Of a stretch of DNA of 64,000 nt, positions 50,358-64,000 are shown piece by piece. The notes below the pieces were generated by a model. The model saw nothing but the letters and a program-made list of their open reading frames with translations, was not told the DNA's origin and searched no databases. The position numbers were made by a program, and so were the translations under genes. Each line of letters starts with the position of its first letter. The first letter of the stretch is position 1. This DNA is from the human T2T-CHM13v2.0 reference genome, Homo sapiens, in assembly GCF_009914755.1 (NCBI RefSeq), contig NC_060927.1; one strand, 5' to 3'.

Positions 50358-50682
50358 GAGTACAGGCTAAAATAACGATAAAAAGTACAGTATAGTAAAT
50401 ATGTAAAAAAAACAAGTATTATCTATTGTTTTCTTTTTTGTTGTTGTTTTTTATGTATTGTGCATAATTGTATGCATAATGCTTTTATATGACTGGCAGT
50501 GAAGTAGGTTTGTTTACACCAGCATCATCACAAACATGTAACACATGTAACTATAACACAGTTAAGTCACCTGCAACATCACTAGGCAATAGCCATTTTC
50601 CAGCTCCATTACATTCTTATGGGACCACTGTTATATTTGTTCTCCCTCACTGACTGAAATGTCGTTATGTGGTATGTGACTG
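50358..50682 (+). mobile_element. Second Tigger3 right-end fragment
   Basis: Homologous to 49867-50195; ends GTGACTG|TA. Confidence 0.85.
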
Positions 50683-50770
50683 TACAACATAAACTCTTCA
50701 TTGTTTACTTTGTGGCTTCTTTGCATGGCAGTCATCTGAACCTTGTTCCTAAATTCGGGGACTTCCCCAC

Positions 50771-51161
50771 TGTTATGGTCTGAATATTTGTGTCCCTCCA
50801 AAATTCATGTGTTTAAACCTAACCCCCAAGGTGATGGTGTTAAGAGATGGGGACTTTGTCACTGCTGTATGTGGAAACTAAATAAAAAGGAGATGGGGAT
50901 TTGGGGAGGTGATTAGGTCATGAGGGCTCCACCCTCGTGGATAGTTTAAGGGCTTGAGGGAGGCTTTCTGCCCGTTCTGCCATGTGAGGATGCAGTCATT
51001 CATTGCTGTCTATGAGAAACAGGCCCTCACCAGACATGGCGTCTGCCAGTCCCTTGATCTTGGACTTCCCAACCTTCAGAACTGTGAGTGATAAATTTCT
51101 ATTGTTTATAAATTACCCAGTTGAAGGTATTTTGTTACAGCAGCCTGAATGGACTAAGACA
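50771..51161 (+). mobile_element. MLT1A-like solo LTR
   Basis: TGTTATGGTCTGAAT...GGACTAAGACA; 5-bp TSD CCCAC. Confidence 0.92.
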
Positions 51162-51511
51162 CCCACTGTATATGTTTGGGGATTGATAGGGTGTATCACT
51201 TACCACAGAAGTAAAAAAGAAGGCAGATTCTTGCTTCATTCCTGCCCCAAACATGAGTTTGTGGTGGACATGTGTCTCAGTATGGCAAATCAGATGCCCC
51301 TGCCCAGGGCTTTGACGCTCACAGTGGGAGGCAAAGAAGCAGAGAGAGAAAACTATCCCTTCAATAAATCCTTTTCCTGCTTAAGTCTGATTTAGAGCTG
51401 GTTTCCACTGCTTTCAAGGTTAAGATGTTCAAGGCTGTGCTGGGAAGGCAGGTTGCCATGCAATCCCAAAGTGTGTGTGCTCGTTAAATCTACACCTCCT
51501 CTGAGAGCCCA

Positions 51512-51624
51512 GGGTAGGTCACCAGCCATCTCATTCCTCCTGGGACTCAGGGGATTTCCTGGAATATGGGACTTTCCGAGATAAAGCTAGACATACTGGG
51601 CAAACCCAGGTAGTTGGTCAACCT
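51512..51624. mobile_element. MER94-like hAT MITE
   Basis: GGGACTCAGGGGATTTCCTGG..GGGCAAACCC..GTTGGTCAACCTA. Confidence 0.65.
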
Positions 51625-51838
51625 AATCTGAGCCCCATGGACTTAAAAGAGCTTTGGTGTTCCAAGTCAAGGCTGTCTTGGCTCCAAGTCAATTCATTAA
51701 TATGTCCTGGAGAAAAGGAGGGATCCCAGGAATGCCTTTTCCAGAGACAGCTTCTGAAATCAAAGGCCCTCTGAGGAAATGCTTAGTAGGAGTCACTGAT
51801 TTTATAAGAGTGACTCATTCAGAACATTTCGATGTAAG

Positions 51839-52190
51839 CAGAGGTGGATTTACCAGCGAGCTACTGAAACTTGAGCTTCAGAGGCCCTTGTTTGCCCTTG
51901 GAAGCCATGGTAGGGGCCCAATGAATAGTCACAGGATCATATGTTTTTGTCAATTTTACAAAAGTAAGATTTTTTTTTTTCTCTGCAGTAGGTTAAGATG
52001 CCTGTCTCTTTCTCTTCTGACTTCCCCTCCTATTAAGTGGTGGACGTTGGCATGTCCAAGTGCATTTCTGAAAATTCTGCTAAGGGGTCATTCAGTTTAG
52101 AATACATTTAGTTTGGATTTAATGGGATGTGTGCCTGAAGTCACTGTCACTTCTTTGTACAGTTGTACAGTTTAAGCTATTGCTGGCAGG
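51839..52190. mobile_element. hAT-Tip100-like DNA transposon fragment
   Basis: CAGAGGTGGATTTACC..GCTTCAG..GGCCC terminus. Confidence 0.55.
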
Positions 52191-52242
52191 GGAAACGCAC
52201 ATATCCTACCTTGAGTATTTTATTTGATGCCAAAATGCTTCT

Positions 52243-52421
52243 TTAAATTTTATTCTATTTTATTTTATTTAGAGACAAGGTCTCTAAAAAATATGTTTCC
52301 TGGGCTGGGGTGCACTGGCTATTCACAGACATGATCATAGCTCACTGCAGTCTTGAACTCCTGGGTTCAAGCTATCCTCCCAAGGAGCTGAGACTACAGA
52401 CACGCACCACCATGCCCGATT
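52243..52421 (-). mobile_element. FAM (fossil Alu monomer, 7SL-derived)
   Basis: Retains 7SL-like TGGCTATTCACAG segment absent from dimeric Alus; TSD CAAA(A/G)TGC(T/C)TCT. Confidence 0.8.
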
Positions 52422-53565
52422 CAAAGTGCCTCTCATATCCACAGGGAAGAAATGCTGAGTTATCCATAAACTTCAAAGCCTGAGCATGGCTGTGGGAGGC
52501 AGCTAATAGACAACTCTGCAAAGAATGGGAATCATTTTGAAAAGAAGCGTGGAGCTTTCACAAAAGAGAAGAGAGCTAGAGCAATAAACAATTTCTATCT
52601 ACACAAAGAGGAGCAGACACGTTCCTGTCTTGGACCCTTTATTTTGGACTCCGGTTGGTCTGAATTGAAACTGCCTTTTAGTTGGGAGCTACAGAAAGGC
52701 TGGGACCTTGAGATCACAATGGATGCTTGTTACACGTGAGATGAAAGTTTGAGGAGGAGTGTACATCAAAAGATGCTGCGTTGATGACGTCAGAAATTAT
52801 ATGCTGAGAGAGCCTGTTGCAGTGAAGAAGGTGGGGTTTGCCTCCCGCAGGTGAGGCCCTGCTCCAGCCCCATGCCCAGTATTACCATGGCACTCACAAA
52901 AACACCATTTATCCTATTCTTTGTTTTTTGCTGCCTGGGAACTCCTCGAAGGCAGGATCTTGTTGATGATGTTTGTATCAGCAGCACCTGGCAGAGTGCC
53001 TGGGCCCAAAAGTAGACTCCCAAAAAATGTTTGCTGAATTTAATGACAACATCTTGCAGGTTCTGTGACCACCATGACATCCGGTGCCCTGCTGCTTAAT
53101 AAAGGTGAGTAAGAATGAGGTGCTCTCATAATAAGAGACTTACATAGAAAACCAGCTCAGGGGATTCCAGGACCACAGCTCCTTTCTCCTCCAGGCCCAG
53201 TGCCAGGAAGTGTGGACAGACAGCTCTATGTGTCTGAAGCCAGGGATCTGTGGGGGTTGCAATAAAGGCAAAAGTAGCAGGATTTGTGCCCTCTTGTAGA
53301 AGCCAAGGAAAGAGAGAAAAGTGTTGTGGGAGAACAAGCAAAACAAACAAATAAAACTCCACTGAAAGTAAATCCATGTCTATTATTACAGTCACACCTT
53401 TAAGTAAAATTATACATAAGGATGTAAGCACAAACCAGTTTTAAAAATTCTTAGAGCAGTGATCCTTAGATGGGTAGGTTGAGGCATCCCAGTACCAAGA
53501 ACGCCCCTCAGGTGCACCACACAGTTTTACTCAATGCATGAAAACTGTTTCAGCTGCAGCTGGGA

Positions 53566-53570
<5 letters not shown>

Positions 53571-53640
<70 letters not shown>
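53571..53640. repeat. (TA)35 microsatellite
   Basis: Uninterrupted 70 bp. Confidence 0.99.
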
Positions 53641-53641
<1 letters not shown>

Positions 53642-53974
53642 TGCTCTGACGAGTCTCTTCCAGGTGAAACACTGATTACTGAAGTTCAGGGAATGGGGTC
53701 TAGAGCTGGGTCTTGAAAACAAAGAATGGAGTGTCCTGGAATTTGGGAAGCTTTGCCCTGCGAGTATGTAAAAAGGCACCATGAGGGCAGTGAGAATTCC
53801 AAAGGACCACCAGGGGTATGGGTGGGGATAATTATGTGGGCAATTAAGCCCATGGAAGTATGCTGTCAGATGAGAAGTCCCTACCCAGAGTGAGGGCTGC
53901 CACTTGGGATACATTCTTAGTGTTTCCTTAACTTCAACTCTTTAACTTAGCTTCTCTGGAGTTTTTGTTTCTTC

Positions 53975-54620
53975 ATTTTTCCTTTTTTAATCCTCACATT
54001 CGAAATAATTTTAAATTTACAGAAAAGTTGCAAGAATAGCACCCAGACTCACCAGTGTTAATAATTTGCCACATTTGCTTTATCATTCTATGTATCTACA
54101 TTTTTTTTTCTGAACTATTTGAAACTAAGTTGCAGACATCATGTCCCATTTACCCCTAAATATTTCCACCTATGCTTCCTGAGAACAAAGACATTATTTT
54201 ATGTAACTACAGGACAGGGATCAAAATTAGGAAACATGGCTGGGCGTTGGCTCATGTCTGTAATGCAGCACTTCGGGAGGCCGAGGCTGCAGGATCACTC
54301 GAGCCCAGGAGTTCGAGAACAGCCTGGACAAAATAGCAAGATCTGTCTCTACAAAAAAAAAAAAAATGAAAAAATTAGCCAGGCATGGTGGAGCAGTGCC
54401 TGTGATCCCAGCTTCTTGGGAGGCTGAGGAGGGAGGGTCGCTTGAAGCCAGGAGGTCAAGGCTGCAGTGAGTGTAGCCACTGCACTCCAGCCTGCCCGAC
54501 AGAGCAAGAGCCCTGTCTCAAAAAACAAAAAAAGGAAAAAACATGGATACAGTGGTTTCAATCTGTAAACATATACCGGCTTTGCATTCAAATTTTGCCA
54601 ATTGTCGCAATATCTCCTTG
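53975..54620 (-). mobile_element. L1MC-type 3' fragment
   Basis: TTTACAGAAAAGTTGCAAGAATAG..AAGTTGCAGACATCATG..TTTACCCCTAAATA. Confidence 0.75.
54238..54532 (+). mobile_element. AluJ-type
   Basis: Alu dimer with tail. Confidence 0.92.
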
Positions 54621-54625
54621 TACTT

Positions 54626-54800
54626 AGCGGTGCTGCCCAGTGAAGCTTTCCACAGTGATGGCAAGGGCTGCTGAGCGCTTAAAATGTGCCCAGTGCGACT
54701 GAGGAAGCCCATTTTAAATTGTATTTAATTTTTATTAATTCCAATTTAAAGAACCACATGTCCCGCGAGGCTAATGTGTTCACATAGTGGACAGCGCAGC
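54626..54800. mobile_element. MER3-like hAT relic
   Basis: AATGTG..AGTGCGACTGAGGAA..TTTTAAATT..GGACAGCGCAG. Confidence 0.75.
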
Positions 54801-54859
54801 TCACTATCCAATTCCCACCCCACCTCGCCCCCTCTTCCTGGGTTTTAAATGAATAGCCT

Positions 54860-55430
54860 TGGCCCCGGGAGCCCTGGCAGCGCCTCCTCCTCAGCAGTCT
54901 CGGCCGGCAGATGGGTTTCTTTCCTTTAGCCAGCGCAGACTTTTCTTAAACAAATGGACAGAGTGGTCCCCATTTATTAATAGAAGCTGCGCGACTGCAC
55001 TTGCAGTGTGGCGGGCCTGGCTTCTCTTGCGAAAGCCGAAGCCTGGCGGCAGCGCGGCCCGCAAGCGCGGAGCTTCTGCCGGTGGAGGTCCGAGCTCGCA
55101 ACGCTCACCCAGGAGGCCGCGCCCGCCCCGCAAGGCGGCAGGAGAGCCAAGCCCGGGCACCACACCTGCGGCATCGGAACGAGAATCCTTCCTCCAAGTC
55201 TCCTCCACTCCCTCAGGCGAATTATGGCAATTCCCTGCTGTGTGGCCTTGCCCTTGGGAGTGGAAGTGAGTGAGAGTCACGTTTGGCACCGGGCGGGTGG
55301 GAACCGCACCCCTCAGCAGTGCCTGGAGCGATGGGTGGCGAACTCTGCTCCAGAGACCTGCTGGGGATCCTGGCCATCCGCGTGTGCCTGAGGCTTGCGA
55401 GGACGCCTCTGAGCACTAGCCCAGAGCGTG
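54860..55430. promoter_or_regulatory. CpG island; candidate promoter/enhancer
   Basis: About 40 CpGs in ~570 bp by manual count, GC-rich, non-repetitive; GC-box-like CCCGCCC and GGGCGGG. Confidence 0.75.
55128..55141 (+). promoter_or_regulatory. Candidate CTCF site
   Basis: CCGCAAGGCGGCAG matches the CCGCNNGGNGGCAG consensus exactly. Confidence 0.45.
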
Positions 55431-55459
55431 GAGGTGTGGGTGTGGTTTCCTAAATGAAT

Positions 55460-56152
<693 letters not shown>

Positions 56153-57536
56153 TAAACTTTCTACTTTAAAACAGTTTTAGATTTATAAAAGTTTTGTGAT
56201 GATAAACAGAGTTCCCATATACCCGGCACCAGTATTCTCTCTTAACGTCTCATATAAGAAAGGTACATTTGTCACTATTAGTGAATCAATATGGATACAT
56301 TATTATTAAGTAAATTTCGTACTTTATTTCTGATTTCTTTCATTTTTACATAATGTCTTTTTTTCTGTTCCGGAATCTCATCCAGGATGCCACATTACTT
56401 ACATTTAATGGGTTTGTCTCTTTAGGCTCCTCTTGGCTGTGACAGTTTCCCAGACTTCCCTTGGTTTTGATAACATTGACAGTTTTGAAGAATATTGGTC
56501 AGGTGTTCTGGAGAGTGTGCCCCAGTTAGGATTTGTATGATGTTTTTATCATGATTAGCCTGAGATTATGTGGCTTTGAGATGAAGACTAGAGGTAAAGT
56601 GCCATTTTTATCACACATCATATCAAGAGTACATACTGTCAACATGATTTATCACTTGTCATTGTGATACCTGGCTGGAGGTAATGTTTGTTGGGTTTCT
56701 CCACCGTAGAGTTACTTTTCTCTCCCTTTCCATGCTGTGCTTTTAGGAAGGTAGTCACTTTGTGCAGCTCACATTCAGTAATAGGGAGGTAAGCGCCGTA
56801 CCTAGAGGGCAGAGTATTTGCATAAAATAATTGGAATTCTTCCACATAGGAGATTTGTTCTTATTTATTTATTTATTCAGTCATTCATTTATACTAGTAT
56901 AGATTCATATGTATTTATTTTGTATTTTGGGTTATAATCCAATACTACTTTATCTTATTGCTCCAATTGTTCCGGCGTTGGCCACTGGGAGCCGTTTCAG
57001 TTGGGTCCTGTGTCCCTTCAACACGCCCCATCTTTGTGCAACTGTTTCTGTTTCAGCACTTCCTTATGTCCTGACACAAGATGCTCCAGGCTTATCTTAT
57101 ATATTTCATGCCCCAGTCCTAGAATCAGCTATTTCTCTAAGGATCCCTGGTTTGTTTGTTTGTGTGTTTGTTTGTTTTTAATTGGGGAATGGTATTAAAA
57201 ATCAGGATCTGGCTGCTAGGTGTGCTTGTTGCAACTGTAATATCATAAGCCCTCTCTGACAGAGCAAGGAAATGTGTGCATTCCATGTATATCTCTAGAT
57301 ATTTCTTTATGTAACTAGCTGTATCTATATTAAGCTAAACATGAATTCATACTAATGTCTCCAATTCCAATCTATTACCATGTAGATTATTCTAACCTCC
57401 CGCTCCAACAGTGAGAAACCTGGTTTCTACCATCCATTTATTTAATTGTTCAATTCTGACATATATGTATTGCAGTATCAGAAATGTTAATCCATACCCC
57501 TATAGAAACAACTTTATTAACTAGAGCACAGTGCTA

Positions 57537-57917
<381 letters not shown>

Positions 57918-58076
57918 CTACTTGGGTCAGTACTTTTCCCTCCAGCACTGTCCGTGAGGTTTTTCATATATTTGTAATACAGTTAGTTTGATTTGTCATA
58001 TTCTACCTTCCATCCTTGTATTTCCCAATCTCCTAAATTACATTTTTGAGTCTACAGCATACATTAAGTTTTACTA

Positions 58077-58243
58077 TTTTTTTTTTTTTTTTTTTAGAGA
58101 CAGGGTCTCACTCTGTTGCCCACGCTGGGTGCAGTGGTGTGATCATAGCTCACTGCAGCCTCAAAACTCCTGGGCTCAAACAATCTTCCCACCATGGCCT
58201 CCCAAAGGGCTGGGATTATGGGCATGAGCCTCAGCACCTGGCC
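58077..58243 (-). mobile_element. Monomer-length Alu (FRAM-like or arm-recombined AluJ)
   Basis: Right-arm 3' end joined to left-arm-like CCTCCCAAAG.GCTGGGATTA. Confidence 0.8.
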
Positions 58244-59679
58244 AAGTTTCATTCTTTGTACTGTAAAGTCTTGTGGATTTTGACAAATGCATAGTGTCAC
58301 ATATCAACCAGTACAGTATCCTACAGAGACGTTTCACTGCCCTAAAAATCCCCTGTGCCTCACTCAGTCAGACCTCACATCCCCTGTGCACAGGCAACCA
58401 CTGATTTTTTACTCTCTCTATAGTTTTGTAATATAATTGGATTAATACACAATGAAGCCTTTTCAGACTGGCTCCTTTCATTTAGTAATATGCATTTAAG
58501 ATTCACCCATGACTTTTTGTGGCTTGATAGCTCGTTTCTTTTTATTACTGAATAATATTCCATTGCACGGATATACCACATTTGTTTATCCTTCACCTAT
58601 TGAAGTACATATTGGTTGCTTCCAATGCTTGGAGAGTATGAATAGAGCATCTATAAATATTCATATGCAAGTTTTTGTGTGGGCATCAGTTTTCAAATCA
58701 CTTAGGTAAATACCTACAAGCACAACGGCTGTGTTGTATGATAAGCCAATGTTTAGCTTTGTAAGAAACTGCCAAACTATCCTTGAAAGTGGCTGTACTC
58801 TGTTGCATTTTCACTAGTCATGGATGAAAGTTCCTGTTGCTCTATATTCTTGCCAGAAATTGGTATTGTCAGTTTTGGTTTTTGGTTTTTGTTTTTGTTT
58901 TTAGCCATTCTAATAGATGTGTAGTGGTAAGTCATTTTTTTAATCAGTTATTTTTTAGATGTGGGACTCTATGCCCATCAAAATAAAATGGCTTATAAGA
59001 TTAAACTACATGGAAATAGGATATAAAAAGAATCAGAAAACAAATTAAGTAAAATGAACAGAAAATGGGTATTGCCAGATAGCAGGAGTAGCTTATCATC
59101 ATACTTCCATATTAAATTTAACTTTATGTTGCAAACACAGTTTCTTTTATCATTGAAAAGGAAGCATACATGGTTATTTTGAGAGACAAAATTTTTCTTG
59201 GATCTGAATTTCAGTAGAAATGTACCTTGTGAACTTTAAACATAATAGACATTGGGTATCACAAAAGATGGCATCTTCAACCAGTTTTACAACTGTTAGC
59301 AACATGCTTCACCCAGAAATTCCTTATAGCTGCTTTCCCTTCAGCCCCTACTGCTGCTTTCTAAGAGTTACAGTTTGCTAAAATGGTGACTAAGAATCTT
59401 AGTGAGTCTTTCACTTAAGAATTTTAGAACAGTCATGACAATCTGCACATGTTAAACCCTGAGAGATACTTATGACATTGAATGAAGATGGTGTAGACAC
59501 CATCTTACTTGGTGATGTAGTTTCTCCCAACTGTTCTCAAAATCTGTTAAGATTCTTCTGTATTGACCAACAGGAGAGTAAAAACCTTATTCGCTGACAC
59601 CCCAGCAGGTTTTCCTACTATAGTTCTAACTTGGAATTTCTTACTTTTCATTTTGCTATTCTTTGGAAAAGAGTCTGAC

Positions 59680-59979
59680 TTTTTTTTTTTTTTTCTTTGA
59701 GACAGTATTGCTCAGTTGCCCAGGCTGGAATGTAGTGGCATGATCCTGGCTCACTGCAGCCTCTGCCTCCCTAGTTCAAGCGATTCTCCTGCCACAGCTT
59801 CCTGAGTAGCTGGTATTATAAGGTGCCTGCCACCACACCCAGCTAATTTTTGTATTTTTAGTAGAGATGAGGTTTCACCATGTTGGCCAGGCTAGTCTTG
59901 AACTCCTGACCTCAAGTGATCCGCTTGCCCGGGCCTCCCAAAGTGCTGGGATTACAGGCGTGAGCCACCGTGCGTGGCC
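59680..59979 (-). mobile_element. AluS-type
   Basis: TSD GA(G/A)TCTGACTTTT. Confidence 0.95.
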
Positions 59980-60896
59980 GAATCTGACTTTTAATACATT
60001 TTTTTGAGGTGTACTGCTGGATAGGGGCTCCTAGATTTGAAGGAATCTCTGAAATTGAGATCTCCTCACTCTAGATTTTATTTTGTGATGGCTGTGTATA
60101 CAAGAGTTATTGCTGAGCAATTACTGTTCACCTAACAACTGTGGAATGGAGCCACAGGTCTGGAATGAATAAGTACAAGGAGCCATAATTCCTTTACCTG
60201 GAATTAAAGGGAGAAAAAAGGGCCTTCATAATATTTCAAGTTAATTTCCACAGTATCGTTTGAAGACAGGAGTGCAGTGGAAGGAAATGCAGTGGACTGA
60301 CAGGCTTATTTGTCTATCTCTGCCGTGAGATGCAGAAAAGAAAGTGAAGACTGCTATGTGCCCTCTTTTTATAAAGCTGCTATGCAGAGTGCACTGTCAA
60401 AAAAAAAAAAAAAAAAAAGAGCAAAGAGTGTCAGTAGCTATTTAGACAGAAAGACAATATGCTCTTTCCAGAGTGTCCATTTACACCAATTTGCTGTGAA
60501 ACTTTCCAAAGCTAATGAGATATTAAATGTGTTTTGTTGAGGGAAGAAGCTGATTAGTCTTTGGTTTGATTTTTAATGTAATTGGCAAGGAAAAGTACAC
60601 AGCTTAAGTTTTGAAGGTAATCTCCATCCAGAGCCCTGTGAAAACATGATTGGGCTCGCGAAGGCCATGGAGACCTGTACCACTTGGCTGGGAACTCAAC
60701 TGCAGCTGTGAAATGTAACTGCTCCTCTGGATTGGGAACTTTTCTGGTGTTTATAGGGAGGCCCTCACCCCTCATTTATATTCTGGAACACTTTATTTTC
60801 CACAGATGGCTGTCATGGCTTTCAAAGGCAGTTCTGATTCTGGTAAGGGTTCTAGAACTTGGAGCTTTTCAGATAACCCTTATACAGGGTTCTATA

Positions 60897-61922
<1,026 letters not shown>

Positions 61923-62149
61923 CCCTTTATGCATGATTTTGCCAGTAATCAATAATTAATATATCAAACTTACAGATAACCAGTATAGAACTATATGTTA
62001 TGTAATACACAGATTATGAGTTGGTTGATATACAGCATTTGGTTTTATGGATCCTAGGAAGCTTTAAAATCAATGTGAGTTGTTTATTTACAAACAGGAC
62101 CAAACCAAAATCTTTTGTTCCCCTTGGGACTAGAGAAAAGGGCAGAAAA

Positions 62150-62360
62150 GTCAAATGGTTAGGTCAAGAATCAAGAATCCTGTGGGCCTGTGTTCAAATT
62201 CTGGCTCTACCACTCACTGGCTGAGTGACCTATGGCAAATTGCTTCTCGATGTCTCAGTTTCCTGTGCATAAATTGAAGCTAATACCAATACCCACTTCA
62301 GAGTTGTTGTGAGGATTAAATGAGATAATACAGAAAGTATTTACCTTAATGAGTGTCAAC
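62150..62360 (+). mobile_element. MIR
   Basis: GTCTCAGTTTCC..GTTGTTGTGAGGATTAAATGAGATAATA. Confidence 0.85.
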
Positions 62361-62588
62361 CAAAACCAAACAAACTTGGTTTGTGACATGGAAAAGGAAA
62401 ACTGTTAAGTTTATTCCTTGGTAAAATTATTCAAATGGACTGATAGTAAATTTTTTTAAATATGTTGACAATCTCGTTGTCAGCTGACTGTCTTTGAGGC
62501 CATGAGGGATCCCTGGGAGTGCAGTGTATGTACCAGCCAGGAGGAAAGGGTAAGGCTTTCCTTCCTTGCTCTCAAAAGGGAAGGAAGC

Positions 62589-62984
62589 TGTATTAGACTG
62601 TTCTCACATTGCTATAAAGAAATACCTGAGACTGAGTAAGAGCTGTAATTGGCTCAACCATTCCACAGGCTGTACAGGAAGCATGATGCTGGCATCTGCT
62701 CAGCTTCTGGGGAGGCCTCAGGAAACTCACAGTCATGGCAGAAGGCGAAGGGGAAGTGAGGCACTTCACGTGGTCAGCACAGGAGGGGCAGGTGCCACAC
62801 ACTTTTAAACAGCCAGATCTCATGAGAACTCCATCACGAGAACAGCACCAAAGGGATGGTTCTAAGCAATTCGTGAAAGATCTACTCCCAAAATCCAATT
62901 ACCTCCCACCAGGCCCCACCTTCAACACTGGGTATTACAGTTCGACAGAAGATTTGGGCAGGGACACAAATCCAAACCATATCA
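62589..62984 (-). mobile_element. MSTA-like solo LTR
   Basis: TGTATTAG...CAAACCATATCA; TSD GAA(G/A)C. Confidence 0.9.
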
Positions 62985-63369
62985 GAAACTTTGAGATACC
63001 TTTCAACTGTTGAGTCATTTCAAACCGAGGCCGAGGGGCTCACAGAGAAGGAGTCTCGGGGCCAGTTAGCCAAGCCCAGACCTGGTGCTGCATCGAATCG
63101 CTTCTAAGCTGACAATTGGGAAGTGAGGACAATTTGCTCAGTGACTGACTAACGTCATGAAGGTGTTGTTTCCGTACATATTGAGGTTCAGCTAAAGCAG
63201 ACATTAATATTGGTAATTTTATCAGAAGTAGATATTTCAGATATCATCAATGTTTTAAGTCCCTAAATGATAATATTTTTATTGTTTTTACAGTTCCGAA
63301 TGACTTCTGGAGAATAGTAAATGTGTCCCTAAACATAGGATATAATTTTACCTAAAAATTTCATATACA

Positions 63370-63819
63370 TGTTGTGAGATAAATTGTGTTCCCCCAAAAA
63401 AGATATGTTCAACTCCTAAGCTAGTACCTATGAATGTGATCTTATTGGGAAATAGGGTCATTACAGATGTAAGCAAGTTAAGATGCTCAGTATGGTGGAC
63501 CCTAAACCCAATATGACTGGTGAGCTGATAAGCAAAGGAGACATAGATAGGCACTCAGAGAGAATACCATATGACAACAGAAGCAGAGATTGGAGTGACA
63601 CGGATACAAGTCATGGAACACCAAGGATTGCCAGCAATTCCAGAAACTGAAAGAAGGACATGGGACAGATTCTGCCCAAGAGCCGTCACGGAGACAGCAT
63701 GGCCCTGCTGACATTGATTTTGGACTTCCAGCCTCCAGAGCTGTGACAGAATAAGGTAATGTTGTTTAAAGTCACCTGCCTTGTGGTACTTCCGTATAGC
63801 AGCCCTAGAAACTAATACA
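63370..63819 (+). mobile_element. MLT1C-like solo LTR
   Basis: GCAGAGATTGGAGTGA..CCAAGGATTGCCAGCA..GCAGCCCTAGAAACTAATACA. Confidence 0.88.
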
Positions 63820-63877
63820 CACTATGTTAAGATTATTTTGGTGCTACATTTTAATGATTTTTAAAAACTATGATTAG

Positions 63878-64000
63878 GGCCACGCACAGTGGCTCATGCC
63901 TGTAATCCCAGCACTTGGGAGGCCAAAGCAGGTGGATCACTTGATGTCAGGAGTTTGAGGCCTGCCTAGCCAACATGGTGAAACCTCGTCTCTACTAAAA
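63878..64000 (+). mobile_element. AluS-type, left arm, cut by window end
   Basis: GGCCACGCACAGTGGCTCATGCCTGTAATCCCAGCAC. Confidence 0.93.

Noticed and set aside
53531-53914. ORFs with YIYIYI runs
   Set aside because: Translation of the (TA)35 microsatellite
54859-55391. Overlapping 65-136 aa ORFs in the CpG island
   Set aside because: Open frames are expected in GC-rich DNA, most lack an ATG start, and none resembles a known protein
60398-60418. Orphan poly-A run as a micro retro-insertion
   Set aside because: No convincing TSD; simple slippage is a sufficient explanation

Overview
Primate (human-like; carries AluJ/S/Y and L1PA elements) intergenic or intronic genomic DNA. I find no credible cellular protein-coding exon. 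The only ORFs with real protein ancestry are broken LINE-1 ORF2 fragments. The other ORFs in the track are Alu-, simple-repeat- or chance-derived. More than half the window is interspersed repeat: two 5'-truncated L1PA copies, several ancient L1M pieces, about 30 Alu-family elements, a two-LTR MST (MaLR) provirus, many solo LTRs (MLT1, MST, LTR33, MER21), DNA transposon relics (MER5, MER3, MER94, Tigger3), MIRs and one U6 snRNA pseudogene. The strongest candidate functional element is a CpG island at ~54.86-55.43 kb with a CTCF-consensus match and splice donors on both strands. I did not find evidence of a novel biological system. The findings are mostly small mutational and retrotransposition footprints plus candidate regulatory sites, with modest interest scores. 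Repeat subfamily names come from my recollection of consensus sequences and need RepeatMasker/Dfam confirmation. I cannot identify the locus.
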